A stretch of 64,000 nucleotides of DNA from Deltaproteobacteria bacterium (GTDB lineage Bacteria > Myxococcota > Kuafuiibacteriia > Kuafuiibacteriales > Kuafuiibacteriaceae). Shown here in pieces: positions 1 to 11,173 of this stretch. Below the pieces are notes generated by a model. It worked only from the letters and a program-made list of their open reading frames with translations, did no database searches and was not told the DNA's origin. Numbering within the stretch: the stretch's first letter is position 1; each line of letters begins with the position of its first letter. The stretch lies in NCBI GenBank assembly GCA_040218735.1, contig JAVJQW010000061.1, positions 64,001-128,000 of the forward strand. Reading direction: 5' to 3'. The position numbers and the translations under genes were made by a program.

Positions 1-60
1 CCAGCGGGTCGAGCTGCATCACCCTCCCGACCGGGTAGCGCGGCGAAACGTGACGCGCGG

Positions 61-1677
61 CTACTTCTTCTTCTTCTTCGGCTTGAAGAAGATCCCCGTC
101 GGCTCCGGATCCACGCGGCCGCCCGCGAGATCACCATCGGGCGCGGGCAGCGTGAAGGCCTCCAGGACCGGCTCGAGGTCGCCGTCCATCGTCTGCGAGT
201 CCGAAGGGTCGTCCAGCAGATCCGGCAGGTGCAGATCGTCGTCGTCGTCCTCCGTCGACGCGTCTTCCACCTGCATCGCGTGGGCGAAGACCTCCGCGGG
301 ATCCTGCACGTCGTCGATGTCCTCCAGGACGAGCTCCAGCGCATCGTCGTCGTCGTCGTGCGCGGCCTCGGCCTCCGCGAGCGCGAGCTGGAGCGCGTCG
401 TCGTCCGACCACGCTTCGGGGGCGTGCTCCGTCTCGGCCTCCACGAGCGCCACGTGCAGGACGTCGGCGTCGAGGAGGCTCGCCGTCGCTTCGACCTCGT
501 GGATCTCGGTGGGCGGCTGCGGCTCGTCCGGCTCCCGCTTCGGCGCGCGCAGCTCGATCCGCGCCTTCGCGGGGCGCGCGGCCTGCGGCTTCATCGGCGT
601 CTGCACGTGCATCACGCCGGGTTTGATCGTCGCGAGGAACGCCGCCTCGTCGTAGCCGCCCTGCGCATCGCTGAAGACGTGCCGCCGCTTCGCCGGCTCG
701 GCGTCGAACGCGCGACACACGTCGCCCTCGTCGTACTCGCCGTGCACCAACGCATCGAGCACCCGTGCGCGCAGCTCGATCCGGTTGCCGAACGTCCGCC
801 GCATCAGCTCCTTCACCGTCTTGCGCGTGGGTTTGCGGACCAGCGTGTCGATGTAGTCGACGAGCGCCGTCCCGAAGTCCGCCGCCGACTTGAAACGATC
901 CTTGGGCTCCACCGTCAGCGCCTTCGCGCAGATCCGATCGAGGTCCGGGTGGGCGTCGGGTTGCACGTCCTTCAGCCGCGGGTGCCCGTCGAGCTTCGCG
1001 ATCGCGAGCGCGTCGAGCCCCCCGCCGCTCGGCGGTTTCCGCGCGAGCGCTTCGAACAGCACCTCGGCGAGCGAGTAGATGTCCGTGCGCCGGTCGAGCT
1101 CCTTCCCGAGCAGCTGCTCGGGTGACATGTACTTGAAGCTGCCCTTGATGAAGCCGGTCTCGGTGGCGTCGTGCACGATGCGCGACTTGCCGGTACCGAA
1201 GTCGAGGATGCGCGGCCGGCCGTCGTCGCCGAGCATCAGGTTCGTGGTCGAGATGCCGCGGTGGACGATGTCGTAGGGACCGCCGCTCCCGGAGAGCTCG
1301 TGCGCGTAGTTCAGGCCGACGCACAGCTCCGCGATCACGCCGACCACCTCGCTGGCGGGCAGGCGCCACTCGGACGCCTCGAGCAGTCTCGCGAACGTCT
1401 CGCCGGGGTAGAACTGCGTCGAGATCCAGCAGATGCCTTCGTGCGCGCCCCACTCTTCGACGGCGACACATGACGGGTGCTCCAGGCGCGTGGCGATCTG
1501 CGCTTCGTTACTGAACGTGCGCCGCGCCTCCTTCTTCGCGCTCAGCTCCGCGAGCAGCGTCTCGACGATGACCGGACGCGGCCCGTCGTCCGTCGCGACG
1601 AGCGCGAGGAACCGCTGCGTCGTCGGGCGCACCGCCACCCGGACGAGCATCTGAAACGGGCCGAAGGTGAACGGCAC
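61..1677 (-). CDS. Ser/Thr protein kinase-like protein (probable pseudokinase) with acidic C-terminal tail
   Basis: Hanks-fold motifs ILDFG, YMSPEQ and DRRTDIYSL are present, but HRD reads HRG and the Gly loop and VAxK lysine are absent; GTG start. Confidence 0.85.
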   Translation of the reverse strand: MPFTFGPFQMLVRVAVRPTTQRFLALVATDDGPRPVIVETLLAELSAKKEARRTFSNEAQIATRLEHPSCVAVEEWGAHEGICWISTQFYPGETFARLLEASEWRLPASEVVGVIAELCVGLNYAHELSGSGGPYDIVHRGISTTNLMLGDDGRPRILDFGTGKSRIVHDATETGFIKGSFKYMSPEQLLGKELDRRTDIYSLAEVLFEALARKPPSGGGLDALAIAKLDGHPRLKDVQPDAHPDLDRICAKALTVEPKDRFKSAADFGTALVDYIDTLVRKPTRKTVKELMRRTFGNRIELRARVLDALVHGEYDEGDVCRAFDAEPAKRRHVFSDAQGGYDEAAFLATIKPGVMHVQTPMKPQAARPAKARIELRAPKREPDEPQPPTEIHEVEATASLLDADVLHVALVEAETEHAPEAWSDDDALQLALAEAEAAHDDDDDALELVLEDIDDVQDPAEVFAHAMQVEDASTEDDDDDLHLPDLLDDPSDSQTMDGDLEPVLEAFTLPAPDGDLAGGRVDPEPTGIFFKPKKKKK

Positions 1678-1716
1678 GGGCGCATCCTACCGCGCATCCG
1701 GGGGAGGCGTCGTGTT

Positions 1717-4005
1717 TCAGTCGTCGTACGCGAGCCGGAATCCGGAGAAGGCCCAACGCATGTGCGGATAGAAGAAGTTGCGGTACGTCGTGCGGATGTG
1801 ATCCCGCGGCGTCACACACGCTCCGCCGCGCAGGACGAGCTGGTTCATCATGAACTTGCCGTTGTACTCGCCGAGCGCCCCCGCGAGCGGCGCGAAGCCC
1901 GGGTACGGCGTGTACGCGCTCTGCGTGAGCTCCCAGACGTCACCGAGCATCTGCCTCAGCGCCCCGTTCGGCTCCGGCGCAGAGCGCGGGTGCAGCCACC
2001 CGTCGTCGAGGAAGTTGCCCTCGGCGGGATCGGCGTTCGCCGCCGCGTGCTCCCACTCGAGCTCGGTCGGCAGGCGCGCCTTGGCCCAACGCGCGTAGGC
2101 GTCGGCCTCGTAGAGGCTCACGTGCACGACGGGCGCCGCCAGATCGAGCCGGCGCGGACCGCCGAGTGTCATCTCCATCCACTCGCCGGCGTCCTCGAAC
2201 CAGTACAGCGGCGCTCTCCAGCCGCGCTCGCGCACGGTCGACCAGCCGTCGGAGAGCCACAACGAAGCGGTGTCGTAACCCCCCGCGCGCACGAACTCGA
2301 GGTACTCACCGTTGGTCACGAGCCGATCCGCGAGGCGGTAGGGTTCGAGGTGCGTCGTGTGGCGCGGCGTCTCGTTGTCGAAGCTGAACGTGCCTCCCGC
2401 GTGACCCACTTCGACGTTGCCCCCTTCGAGCTCCACCGCGCCGAGCGGCGTGGCGTTCGACGGTGGCGCGTCGAGGTCCGTCCGGTACGCGGGTCGGAGC
2501 GGGTTCTTCGCGAACGCGTGTTTCACGTCCATCAACAGCAGCTCTTGGTGCTGCTGCTCGTGGTTGAGACCGACCGTCACCCGCAGCGCCGTCTCGCGCC
2601 ACACCGTCTCGGAGACGTTCTCGAGGAAGCGGGTCATCGCGTCGTCGACGAGCCGCCGGTAGCGGCGCACTTCGTCGATCGTCGGGCGCGACAGCAGCCC
2701 GCGCTCCGGGCGTGGCTGCCGGTCGCCGACGGCCTCGTAGTACGAGTTGAACAGGTAGCCGTACTTCGGGTGCACGGGCGTGTAACCGGAGAGGTACGGC
2801 GACAACAGGAACGTCTCGAAGAACCACGTCGTGTGCGCGAGGTGCCACTTGGCCGGGCTCGCGTCGGGCATCGACTGGAGGTTGAAGTCCTCGGGCTCGA
2901 GCGACTTCACGAGGTCGTTCGTCGTCCCGCGCACGCGGCGGTAATCCTCCAGCGCCCGCTCGCGGGTGGGGCGGTCGTACTGCAGACGCTCGGCGCGTTT
3001 GCTGCGGCGGGCGGCGAGGACCTGCAGCGAGAAGAGGCGGTCGTCGTCGATGTACTGCTGCGCGAGATCGAAGCCGGTGCGTCGCGCCATGCGCTCGATG
3101 CGCTCGGGCGTGAACTTGTGCGAGCTCTCGGTGTGGATCGTCTCGCCCTCGCGGAAGTCGAAGTGGCGGTCGAGCGCGACGAGATCGACCACGTGTTCGA
3201 CGCGGCTGACGAGGTGCATCTCGATGCGCTCGAGCTGCGGGTTCCACACCGCGCGGTGGTCGAACTTGTCGAGGTCGAAGTTGCCTTCGAGCTCGCGGTT
3301 GATGCGCGCGAGGACGTTTTTGTTGAACGCGGCGGTGACCCCCTTCGCGTCGTCGTACGCGGCCTGCAGGCGCTTCGCGTCCTTCACGAGGTCGAGCCCG
3401 AGGAGGAGCAGGTCGCCCGGCCGCATCGCGGAGCGGAGGCGGGTGAGGAAGCGCTCGGCGTCGGTGAACTCGAAGTTGCCGAGGTTGCCGCCGAGGAAGA
3501 CGAAGAGGCGCTGCCCCTCGACCTCCGCGGCGACGCGCTCGATGCCGTCCTGATACTGCGCGGCGAACGCGCGCAACTCGAGTTGCGGGTACGCGGCGGT
3601 GAGGCGCTCGGCGGCGTCGAAGAGCGCGGCCTTGGAGACGTCGACGGGGATGTACGTGAGTTTGTCGCGCGTCTCGAGCAGCGCCTCGACGAGGACACGG
3701 GTCTTCTCGCTGCTGCCGCTGCCGAGCTCGATCACCGTGACGTCGGGGCGACACTGCTTCGCGATGTCCTTCGCGTGGTCGTGGAGGATCTTCCGCTCGG
3801 TGCGCGTGACGTAATACTCGTCGAGCGTGCAGATCTGTTCGAAGAGCTCGGAGCCGCGCTTGTCGTAGAAGAGCACCGGCGGCAGGGTCTTCGGACGTGT
3901 CCCGAGCCCGGCCGCGACGAGCTCACCGAGCGTTCGATCCGGAACCGACGGCGCGATCGCCTCGATGGTCCATTCAGTGGAATCCGATGCCTGCGGACGC
4001 GCCAC
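1717..4005 (-). CDS. egtD-egtB: Fused L-histidine N-alpha-methyltransferase (EgtD) / ergothioneine sulfoxide synthase (EgtB)
   Basis: N-half has PKTLPPVLFYDKRGSELFEQIC..EYYVTRTE, ELGSGS and AYDDAKGVTAAFNKN (EgtD). C-half has QSMPDASPAKWHLAHTTWFFE, NSYY, HEQQHQE, GEYNGKFM and an FGE-like domain (EgtB). Start GTG 4005 is uncertain (frame open to 4344). Confidence 0.92.
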   Translation of the reverse strand: MARPQASDSTEWTIEAIAPSVPDRTLGELVAAGLGTRPKTLPPVLFYDKRGSELFEQICTLDEYYVTRTERKILHDHAKDIAKQCRPDVTVIELGSGSSEKTRVLVEALLETRDKLTYIPVDVSKAALFDAAERLTAAYPQLELRAFAAQYQDGIERVAAEVEGQRLFVFLGGNLGNFEFTDAERFLTRLRSAMRPGDLLLLGLDLVKDAKRLQAAYDDAKGVTAAFNKNVLARINRELEGNFDLDKFDHRAVWNPQLERIEMHLVSRVEHVVDLVALDRHFDFREGETIHTESSHKFTPERIERMARRTGFDLAQQYIDDDRLFSLQVLAARRSKRAERLQYDRPTRERALEDYRRVRGTTNDLVKSLEPEDFNLQSMPDASPAKWHLAHTTWFFETFLLSPYLSGYTPVHPKYGYLFNSYYEAVGDRQPRPERGLLSRPTIDEVRRYRRLVDDAMTRFLENVSETVWRETALRVTVGLNHEQQHQELLLMDVKHAFAKNPLRPAYRTDLDAPPSNATPLGAVELEGGNVEVGHAGGTFSFDNETPRHTTHLEPYRLADRLVTNGEYLEFVRAGGYDTASLWLSDGWSTVRERGWRAPLYWFEDAGEWMEMTLGGPRRLDLAAPVVHVSLYEADAYARWAKARLPTELEWEHAAANADPAEGNFLDDGWLHPRSAPEPNGALRQMLGDVWELTQSAYTPYPGFAPLAGALGEYNGKFMMNQLVLRGGACVTPRDHIRTTYRNFFYPHMRWAFSGFRLAYDD

Positions 4006-4481
4006 GTCTCCCGGGGTACAGCGCTGGCCCCGAAGCGGCAAGCGACAAGTCCGGTACCGCGTCATTCGCGGCGGGCACCGGGAGGCTTCGGTGGTGTACT
4101 CGAGGGCGACGAGGGAGCCGACGTGGCGCCACGGCGAGAAGTCGTCGCCTTCGAGCTCGACGACGAGCTTGTGCCCGAGGAACTCGATCGGGCGGGTGTC
4201 CTGGTGCACGGAGCTCTTGCGGTAGCGAGGCTTCGGATCCGTCCATTTCCGCCGCGCGTCGTCCCACATCGACGTGGCGAGGAAGACCGGCGGGAGCGCG
4301 TCGAGCCGCAGCGGGATTCGGACGCCGTTGTGGAAGCGCAGCACGACGAGGTCGTCGGTGGCTTCGCGACGAAGCTACCCCGCCGTAACCGGAGACCCTC
4401 CGGGACGTCACCGCCCTGGGACACGTGCGGGCGATCCCGAACGTTGACGGCGTGACCGGCGGCCGCGAACGTCGGTGCCCG

Positions 4482-4943
4482 ATGCGGTGGCTGCTCCTCA
4501 CCCTGCTCCTCGGCGCGTGCGCGGCGACGCCGCCCGTGCTGACGGACGGGCGCTTCTCCTCGAAGGCCGCGAAGGTCGCGGTCATCTGGAGCGCAAACGC
4601 CGAGTGGAGCGAGGGCGACGAGACGATTCGCTTCGAAGCGACGGCGACGAAGTACCTCGACGCGCCCTGCCCGCACGTCGGCCTTCGGATCGACCACCGC
4701 GGGACGGGGACGATCTGGCGCTACGGCGCCGAGGCCCGCGTCGGTCTGCGTGTGCTCGACAGCGCCGAGTTGTCGTTCACGCCGGGCGGCGCGTCGATGA
4801 CGGCGAAGGCGGATCGCGAGGTGATCGCAGCGCTCGTCGACGGCGCGAACATCAGCATCGACGCCCGGACCTATTCGCTCGACGGCAGCGTGATCGGCGC
4901 GCTGCGGACGCTGCTCGGGCGGATCGAATGCGCCGGGCCGTAG
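4482..4943 (+). CDS. Hypothetical lipoprotein
   Basis: MRWLLLTLLLGAC lipobox-type signal; abuts the next gene. Confidence 0.7.
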   Translation: MRWLLLTLLLGACAATPPVLTDGRFSSKAAKVAVIWSANAEWSEGDETIRFEATATKYLDAPCPHVGLRIDHRGTGTIWRYGAEARVGLRVLDSAELSFTPGGASMTAKADREVIAALVDGANISIDARTYSLDGSVIGALRTLLGRIECAGP

Positions 4944-4944
4944 G

Positions 4945-7147
4945 ATGAGGCGCGCCGCTGCCGTCGTGATCGTCGCCGCCCTCGTCTTGCTCGCGTGGGT
5001 GTTCTGGCCTGCGTCGCCAAAAGCCCCGGACGAAGCGGTCCAGCCGACGGCCTCGACCGAGACGGCCGCCGCCCGCGAGCCCACGGCGCCGATCCCCGCG
5101 GACGCACCGAAGGCCACGGTCCTCGGGCGCGCGGCGTTCGCGGATGGGCGGCCCGCCGAGGGCGTCGAGGTCTGCGTGCGGATCTTCGCGCCGGTGGGCG
5201 ACGGGACGTTCCGCGAGACAAGCCAGCGTCCGTGTGCCCGGACCGACGCGGCCGGGGACTACGTCGTCGAGGCGTTGCCCGGGGGGATCGTGCCGGCGCT
5301 CTCGGGCGTGCTCGCAGGGTACGTCGTCGAGCGACCGGGGGACACGGCGCCGATCGAACCGGGCGAGCAACGCACCATCGATCTCCTCGTACGGCCGATC
5401 GCCGACTTCGCGCGGATCGTCGTCCGGGTCGACGACGAGGGCGGAGGGCCCGTGGTCGGCGCGCGCGTGACCGGGACGCGCAGCGAGGACGACCTGCGCT
5501 GCCTGGGCAACGGCGAGACCGACCCAAACGGCGTCGCGACGCTGTACTGCCAGCCGGGCGAGCACCGGATCTTCGCTTCGTCGCCGGGTTACATCACGAC
5601 GCGGTTCGACGGCCCGGCGCCGGGCGAGGTCACGTTGGTGCTCCGCCCCGGCGGCACGATCTCGGGGCGGCTCACAGGACCGGGCTTCGATCTGGCCGGC
5701 ACGTACCACGTGCGCGCCCGCGTGGGTCGATACGGAGGGCACGGCACCAAGGCACGCGAGGGGGGGTTCACGCTCTCGGGGCTCGAGCCCGGAACGTACG
5801 CGCTCACGGCGACCGGTGAAGGTGCGTTCGGGGGCACCGACGTCGTCCTCGGCGCGGCGGAGATCGTGTCGGGGTTGGAGATCGAGATGAAGCCCGCGAC
5901 GACGGCCCGCTTCTCGATCCGACGCGAAGGCGGGGTGTGCGAGCGACCCTGGGTCGAGATGACCCGGCGCGAGCGCCCGCGCGCGCGGCGCATGATGATG
6001 GAGCGCGACGATGCGCCGGTGGTCATCGAAGCTCTACCGCCCGGGACCTACGACGTGGAGGTGAAGTGCGGCGGATCGGAGGAGGACATCATCGATTGGA
6101 TCGTCGTCGCCGACGAGCCGATCGAACGCAGCTACGTCGTGCCCGCCAACTTCTCCGTCATCGTGCGGGTCATCGACGATCGGGATCGTCCCGTCGAAGG
6201 CGCGAAGCTGTTCATGAACGGCAGCGCGGGGCTCGAGTCCGGCCAGACGGACGCGTCCGGGACGTTCGACTTCGCCGCCGTCGCCGGGCAGTGGAAGATC
6301 TCGGCGACCCACGACGTCCTGGGTGCCGCCGAAGTGAAGATCGCGATCGACGAGCGCACGGCGCCCGTCGTCCTTCGCCTCGATCGCGGGCGGGTCGTGC
6401 GAGGCGTCGTCATGGACACGGAGCGTCGGCCGGTCGCGAACGCACGCGTCGTGCTGACCGTCATCGATGTGCTCGGCGACGTGCTCGAGACGACTTCGGG
6501 CGCGGACGGGCGGTTCACGTTCAGCCAGATCGAGAGCGAGCGCGTTCGTGTCGCCGCGACGAGCGGGAAGCTCGGGTCCGAGGAAGTCGAGGTCGTGGCC
6601 ACCGCCGACACAAAACCGATCGAGCTCGTGCTTCGTCCGCTGAACGGCCGGGTGTTCGGGCGCGTGCTCACCCACGACGGCCTGCCCGCCGGGCGAACAC
6701 GGGTCCGACTCCAACGAGGCCAACGTTCACTCCGGGCGTTCGACGGATACCTCGCCGAGACCGTGACGCGCGACGACGGGACGTTCGAGCTCACGCACGT
6801 CGCGGCCGCCAAGTACGACCTCGCCGCCGACCACGAGACGGCGGGGATCGGATCCGCTGACGACATCGACGTCGATGTTGCGGTCGAGCTTCGGCTCTCG
6901 GGGCGAGGTTCGGTCGAGGGGACGGTCGTGGACCCGTCCGGGCCCGTCGCGGCGTTCGAGCTGAAGACGAGACTGCCGAACGAACCGCGGCCGCTGGAGC
7001 GCCGCTTCGAGAACGGACGTTTCCGCCTCGACGATCTGATCGCCGGTCGGTACCAAATCGTGGTGAGCGAGGGCGCGCGCTCCGCGCAGGCGTGGGTCGA
7101 AGTGCCGGCCGGCGGGCGCGCGTCGGGGGTGGAGATTCGTCTGCCGT

Positions 7148-7158
<11 letters not shown>
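4945..7158 (+). CDS. Membrane-anchored protein with repeated carboxypeptidase-regulatory-like (beta-sandwich) domains
   Basis: N-terminal TM; repeated GRVxDxxGxPVxGAxV...TDxxGxF/Y modules. Confidence 0.8.
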
Positions 7159-8257
<1,099 letters not shown>

Positions 8258-8328
8258 GACGACGGATCCTTCCACCGATCGGCGACGGGCGCGACCCCGT
8301 CATTTCCACGCATCGAGCGGGCTGGCCG

Positions 8329-8571
8329 TCAGTCCTCGTCGCGCTTGCGGCGGCGCCCCAACACCAGGGCCGCCCCCGAGAAAACCAGACCCAGCGCAGC
8401 CGCTGCTCCGGTCGGGTCCAGCTCCGGCACCGCGCTCGGCGGCGGCCGACGCTGATGGCGCGGCGGACGGCGACGGCGGCGGGCTTCGGCGTCCGTGGCG
8501 GCGCCGAGCAAGACCAATGCGCAGGCCATCGAAGTCGCGGCGAAGAGATGAAAGAGGCGCCTCTTGAGCAT
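8329..8571 (-). CDS. Small secreted VPEID-CTERM-type sorting-signal protein
   Basis: Signal peptide ending AEA, Arg/Pro-rich mature part, then VPELDP + TM + RRRKR tail; next to an exosortase E-like gene. Confidence 0.8.
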   Translation of the reverse strand: MLKRRLFHLFAATSMACALVLLGAATDAEARRRRRPPRHQRRPPPSAVPELDPTGAAAALGLVFSGAALVLGRRRKRDED

Positions 8572-8689
8572 GATCTCGAACAACGCAATTCTGGTACCAC
8601 CTGGGTAGGATTTACGTTCACAGCGGAATCACGCAGAACGCTTCGTACGACTACGCAAGCGTATTCACTGGACTACGGATCAGGCTACG

Positions 8690-10228
8690 CTACGACCAGA
8701 GCCACCAGGCGTCGCCACCGAGCACCGCGATCGCCACGCCGAGGTTGGCGACGGCGTGCGCGACGATGGCGTCGACGAGCCGACCTCGGTACGCGGCGAC
8801 ACCCGCGAACGCGAGCCCCGCCACGGTGCCGGCGACGAAGGAGCTGTGCAGGGCGCCGAACGCGACCGACGAGATCCCCCAGGCGAGCGGCGCGAAGGAG
8901 TTCAGAGGGACCCCCTCGAAGTCGACCGAGATGATCCGCCGGAGCAGGTAGCCGCGGAACGCGAGCTCCTCGACGATCGGCACCACCAGGACACTCCCGA
9001 CCAACCGCGCCGCGATCCAGAGGATCCGGGTCGTCGGCGTCATCGCGTCGAGCGCCGTCCGACGCGCGGCCACGACCTCGGGCGCGGCGGGCTCTGCGAG
9101 CAGATACCAAACGGCGAACACGGCGATGCCCACGAACACGGACACCACCCAGCCGGGCCGTTGGAGCGGGCGGTGGCGGAGCGCCCACGCGGTCGCCGCG
9201 CCGACGAGCACGACCTGGACCGCGTAGAGTCGATCGAAGTCGACGACGAACAACCCGAACACCAGCTGCGCGGCGAGGGTGACGATCAGCGGGCCGAGGT
9301 ACACGAGCGTCGGTCGATCCACGAGCGGGCCGGACGCGGACCGGGTGAGCCACCGCTCGGAGCCGTGGACGAGCGCGAGCGCGATCGCGCAGGCGAGCAG
9401 CCATCCCGCCTTCGAGTGGAAGCCAGCGACGGCGAGCTCGGGTGCGCCGTTCGCGCCGATGCCCATCAACACGGCGATGCGCAAGACGTTGCCGAGCAGC
9501 GCGAGCGCGACGGCCGCCGGAAGCAGTAACCACGCGACGTTCAGACGGAGCGCGTCGCGGCGAGCGACGAGATACGCAATGCTCAACGTCGAGAGGAGGC
9601 CGAGCCCCTCGGAGCCCGAGCAGGTGCGGTCGATCATGACCGAGAAGTCGCCGGCCCCGAGGATGCGCGCGGGTTCGTCGAGCCAGGCGTCGACGCCGAA
9701 GACCTCGAGCATCGTGTGCGCCGCGAGGAGGGTGTCGGTCGCGAGGACCTCCCACGCCGCCTCCGTGAGCACGGCCGCGACGAACGCGACACCACCGACG
9801 CCGCCCGCGACGAGGAGCGTCGCGCGCTCCCCGACGAGGAATTTGCGGAGCGATGCGGGCGAGAACAACGCGAGGGGGATCGACGCGGCGGTGGCGACGC
9901 CCGCGAGGATCCACAGCGTGACTTCGGCCGGTCCCGCGGTGAACGGCGCCGCGGTGACGCGACTCGAGAGTCCGAAGAACGCGGCGTAGGCGAGCAGGTG
10001 CACACCGAGCCAGCGCAGGTCCGTCCGACCCTCGACCTCGGCGGCATCGGCGCGCTCGCGCATCACCGCGTATGCGGCGACGACGACGACGGGGAGCACC
10101 ACGAGGAGTCGGAACCGGAGGAGGCCGTTGACCTCCAGGAGCCCGTACAAGTCGTAGGCGAGGCTGACGATGAAGCCCTCGAGGGTCAGGATCCCGACCC
10201 CGACCGCGGCACGTACCCGGCCGTCCAT
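8690..10228 (-). CDS. xrtE: Exosortase E / CAAX (CPBP) protease fusion, VPEID-CTERM system
   Basis: Polytopic membrane protein with exosortase triad motifs TCSG, NVLRI and FHSKAGW, plus C-terminal CPBP motifs PIVEELAFRG, FGALH and AHAVAN. Confidence 0.88.
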   Translation of the reverse strand: MDGRVRAAVGVGILTLEGFIVSLAYDLYGLLEVNGLLRFRLLVVLPVVVVAAYAVMRERADAAEVEGRTDLRWLGVHLLAYAAFFGLSSRVTAAPFTAGPAEVTLWILAGVATAASIPLALFSPASLRKFLVGERATLLVAGGVGGVAFVAAVLTEAAWEVLATDTLLAAHTMLEVFGVDAWLDEPARILGAGDFSVMIDRTCSGSEGLGLLSTLSIAYLVARRDALRLNVAWLLLPAAVALALLGNVLRIAVLMGIGANGAPELAVAGFHSKAGWLLACAIALALVHGSERWLTRSASGPLVDRPTLVYLGPLIVTLAAQLVFGLFVVDFDRLYAVQVVLVGAATAWALRHRPLQRPGWVVSVFVGIAVFAVWYLLAEPAAPEVVAARRTALDAMTPTTRILWIAARLVGSVLVVPIVEELAFRGYLLRRIISVDFEGVPLNSFAPLAWGISSVAFGALHSSFVAGTVAGLAFAGVAAYRGRLVDAIVAHAVANLGVAIAVLGGDAWWLWS

Positions 10229-10345
10229 ACCGTGGCGGAATACACGACGGATCGTCGGGTTTGTACCGACCGGGAGATCAGGTCCGGACGATAAGCGTCG
10301 TGTAAGCGACCCCGGGGAACGCTTCAGCTGATACTATTCAACGAG

Positions 10346-10609
10346 ATGGGAATCAGCGTCGGCGAAGGTGTTCGCGACCTCACCAACACCGCACAGGATG
10401 TGCTCGATGCGCCCGGCGCGCTCCTCAGCGGAGACACGGACGGCGTCAAGGACGCCGTCATGGCGCCGCTCGAAGTGAAGCGCGGTTTCCTGAAGACCGT
10501 CCTCGGTGCCGCCGCCGCGCCGTTCCGCGCGGTGGGTTTGTTCGGCGGCAACCAGAGTGACCCCGCGGTCCAGCAGGGCACCCAAGCCGCCGTCGAGCGG
10601 TACGTCTGA
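10346..10609 (+). CDS. Small hypothetical protein
   Basis: 87 aa ORF with host-like codon usage; upstream of a co-oriented ORF. Confidence 0.6.
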   Translation: MGISVGEGVRDLTNTAQDVLDAPGALLSGDTDGVKDAVMAPLEVKRGFLKTVLGAAAAPFRAVGLFGGNQSDPAVQQGTQAAVERYV

Positions 10610-10620
10610 GGAGCCAAGCG

Positions 10621-11073
10621 ATGTCGCGCGCAGCGGACCTGGTCGAAAAACGCGTCGGCGAGGTGCTCGGCGCGCACCCGGAGGCGGAGGTGCGGCGCGC
10701 GATGCCGATCATCCTGCTCCTCCTCGCGCGCGACTTCGGCGTCGACAACCTCCGCCCGAAGATCGTCTCCGCGCTGACCGAAGTCCTCGCGAAGCTCGGC
10801 GTCCACGGCGAGATGGAGGCCGCGGAGATCGAGCGCCGCGTCGGCGAGCTCGTCCGCACCATCCCCGTCTCACGCGCGCTGCTGTCGGACCTCGAGCGGG
10901 TGTTCCGCACGCTCGACCTTGGCGAGAAGCTCGAAGAGAGCGCGCAGCACTTCCGGTTGCTCGCGCAGTCGGAGCCGCACCTGAAGGCGCCGCGCACGAC
11001 GGACGTCGCGCCGGACAACAGCGAGCGCGGCTCGACGATGGCGCTGAACGGCACCGGTCGCATCCCGGCGTAG
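10621..11073 (+). CDS. Hypothetical protein
   Basis: GAGGAG RBS, 150 aa, helical character. Confidence 0.7.
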   Translation: MSRAADLVEKRVGEVLGAHPEAEVRRAMPIILLLLARDFGVDNLRPKIVSALTEVLAKLGVHGEMEAAEIERRVGELVRTIPVSRALLSDLERVFRTLDLGEKLEESAQHFRLLAQSEPHLKAPRTTDVAPDNSERGSTMALNGTGRIPA

Positions 11074-11173
11074 CCGCGCCAGCCCCTCGGGGCGGATGTT
11101 CGGCCATTCCGTATAATCGTCTAACGAACATACGCACATCGAGAACACGGGGTCGTCCGTAGAATCGAGGGAC

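Noticed and set aside
1477-4455. 992-aa plus-strand ORF and many similar long Arg/Ala-rich ORFs (e.g. 17532-19529, 19258-21597, 42120-44306, 57441-60398)
   Set aside because: Antisense or off-frame shadows of well-supported genes; expected at ~70% GC and lacking motifs
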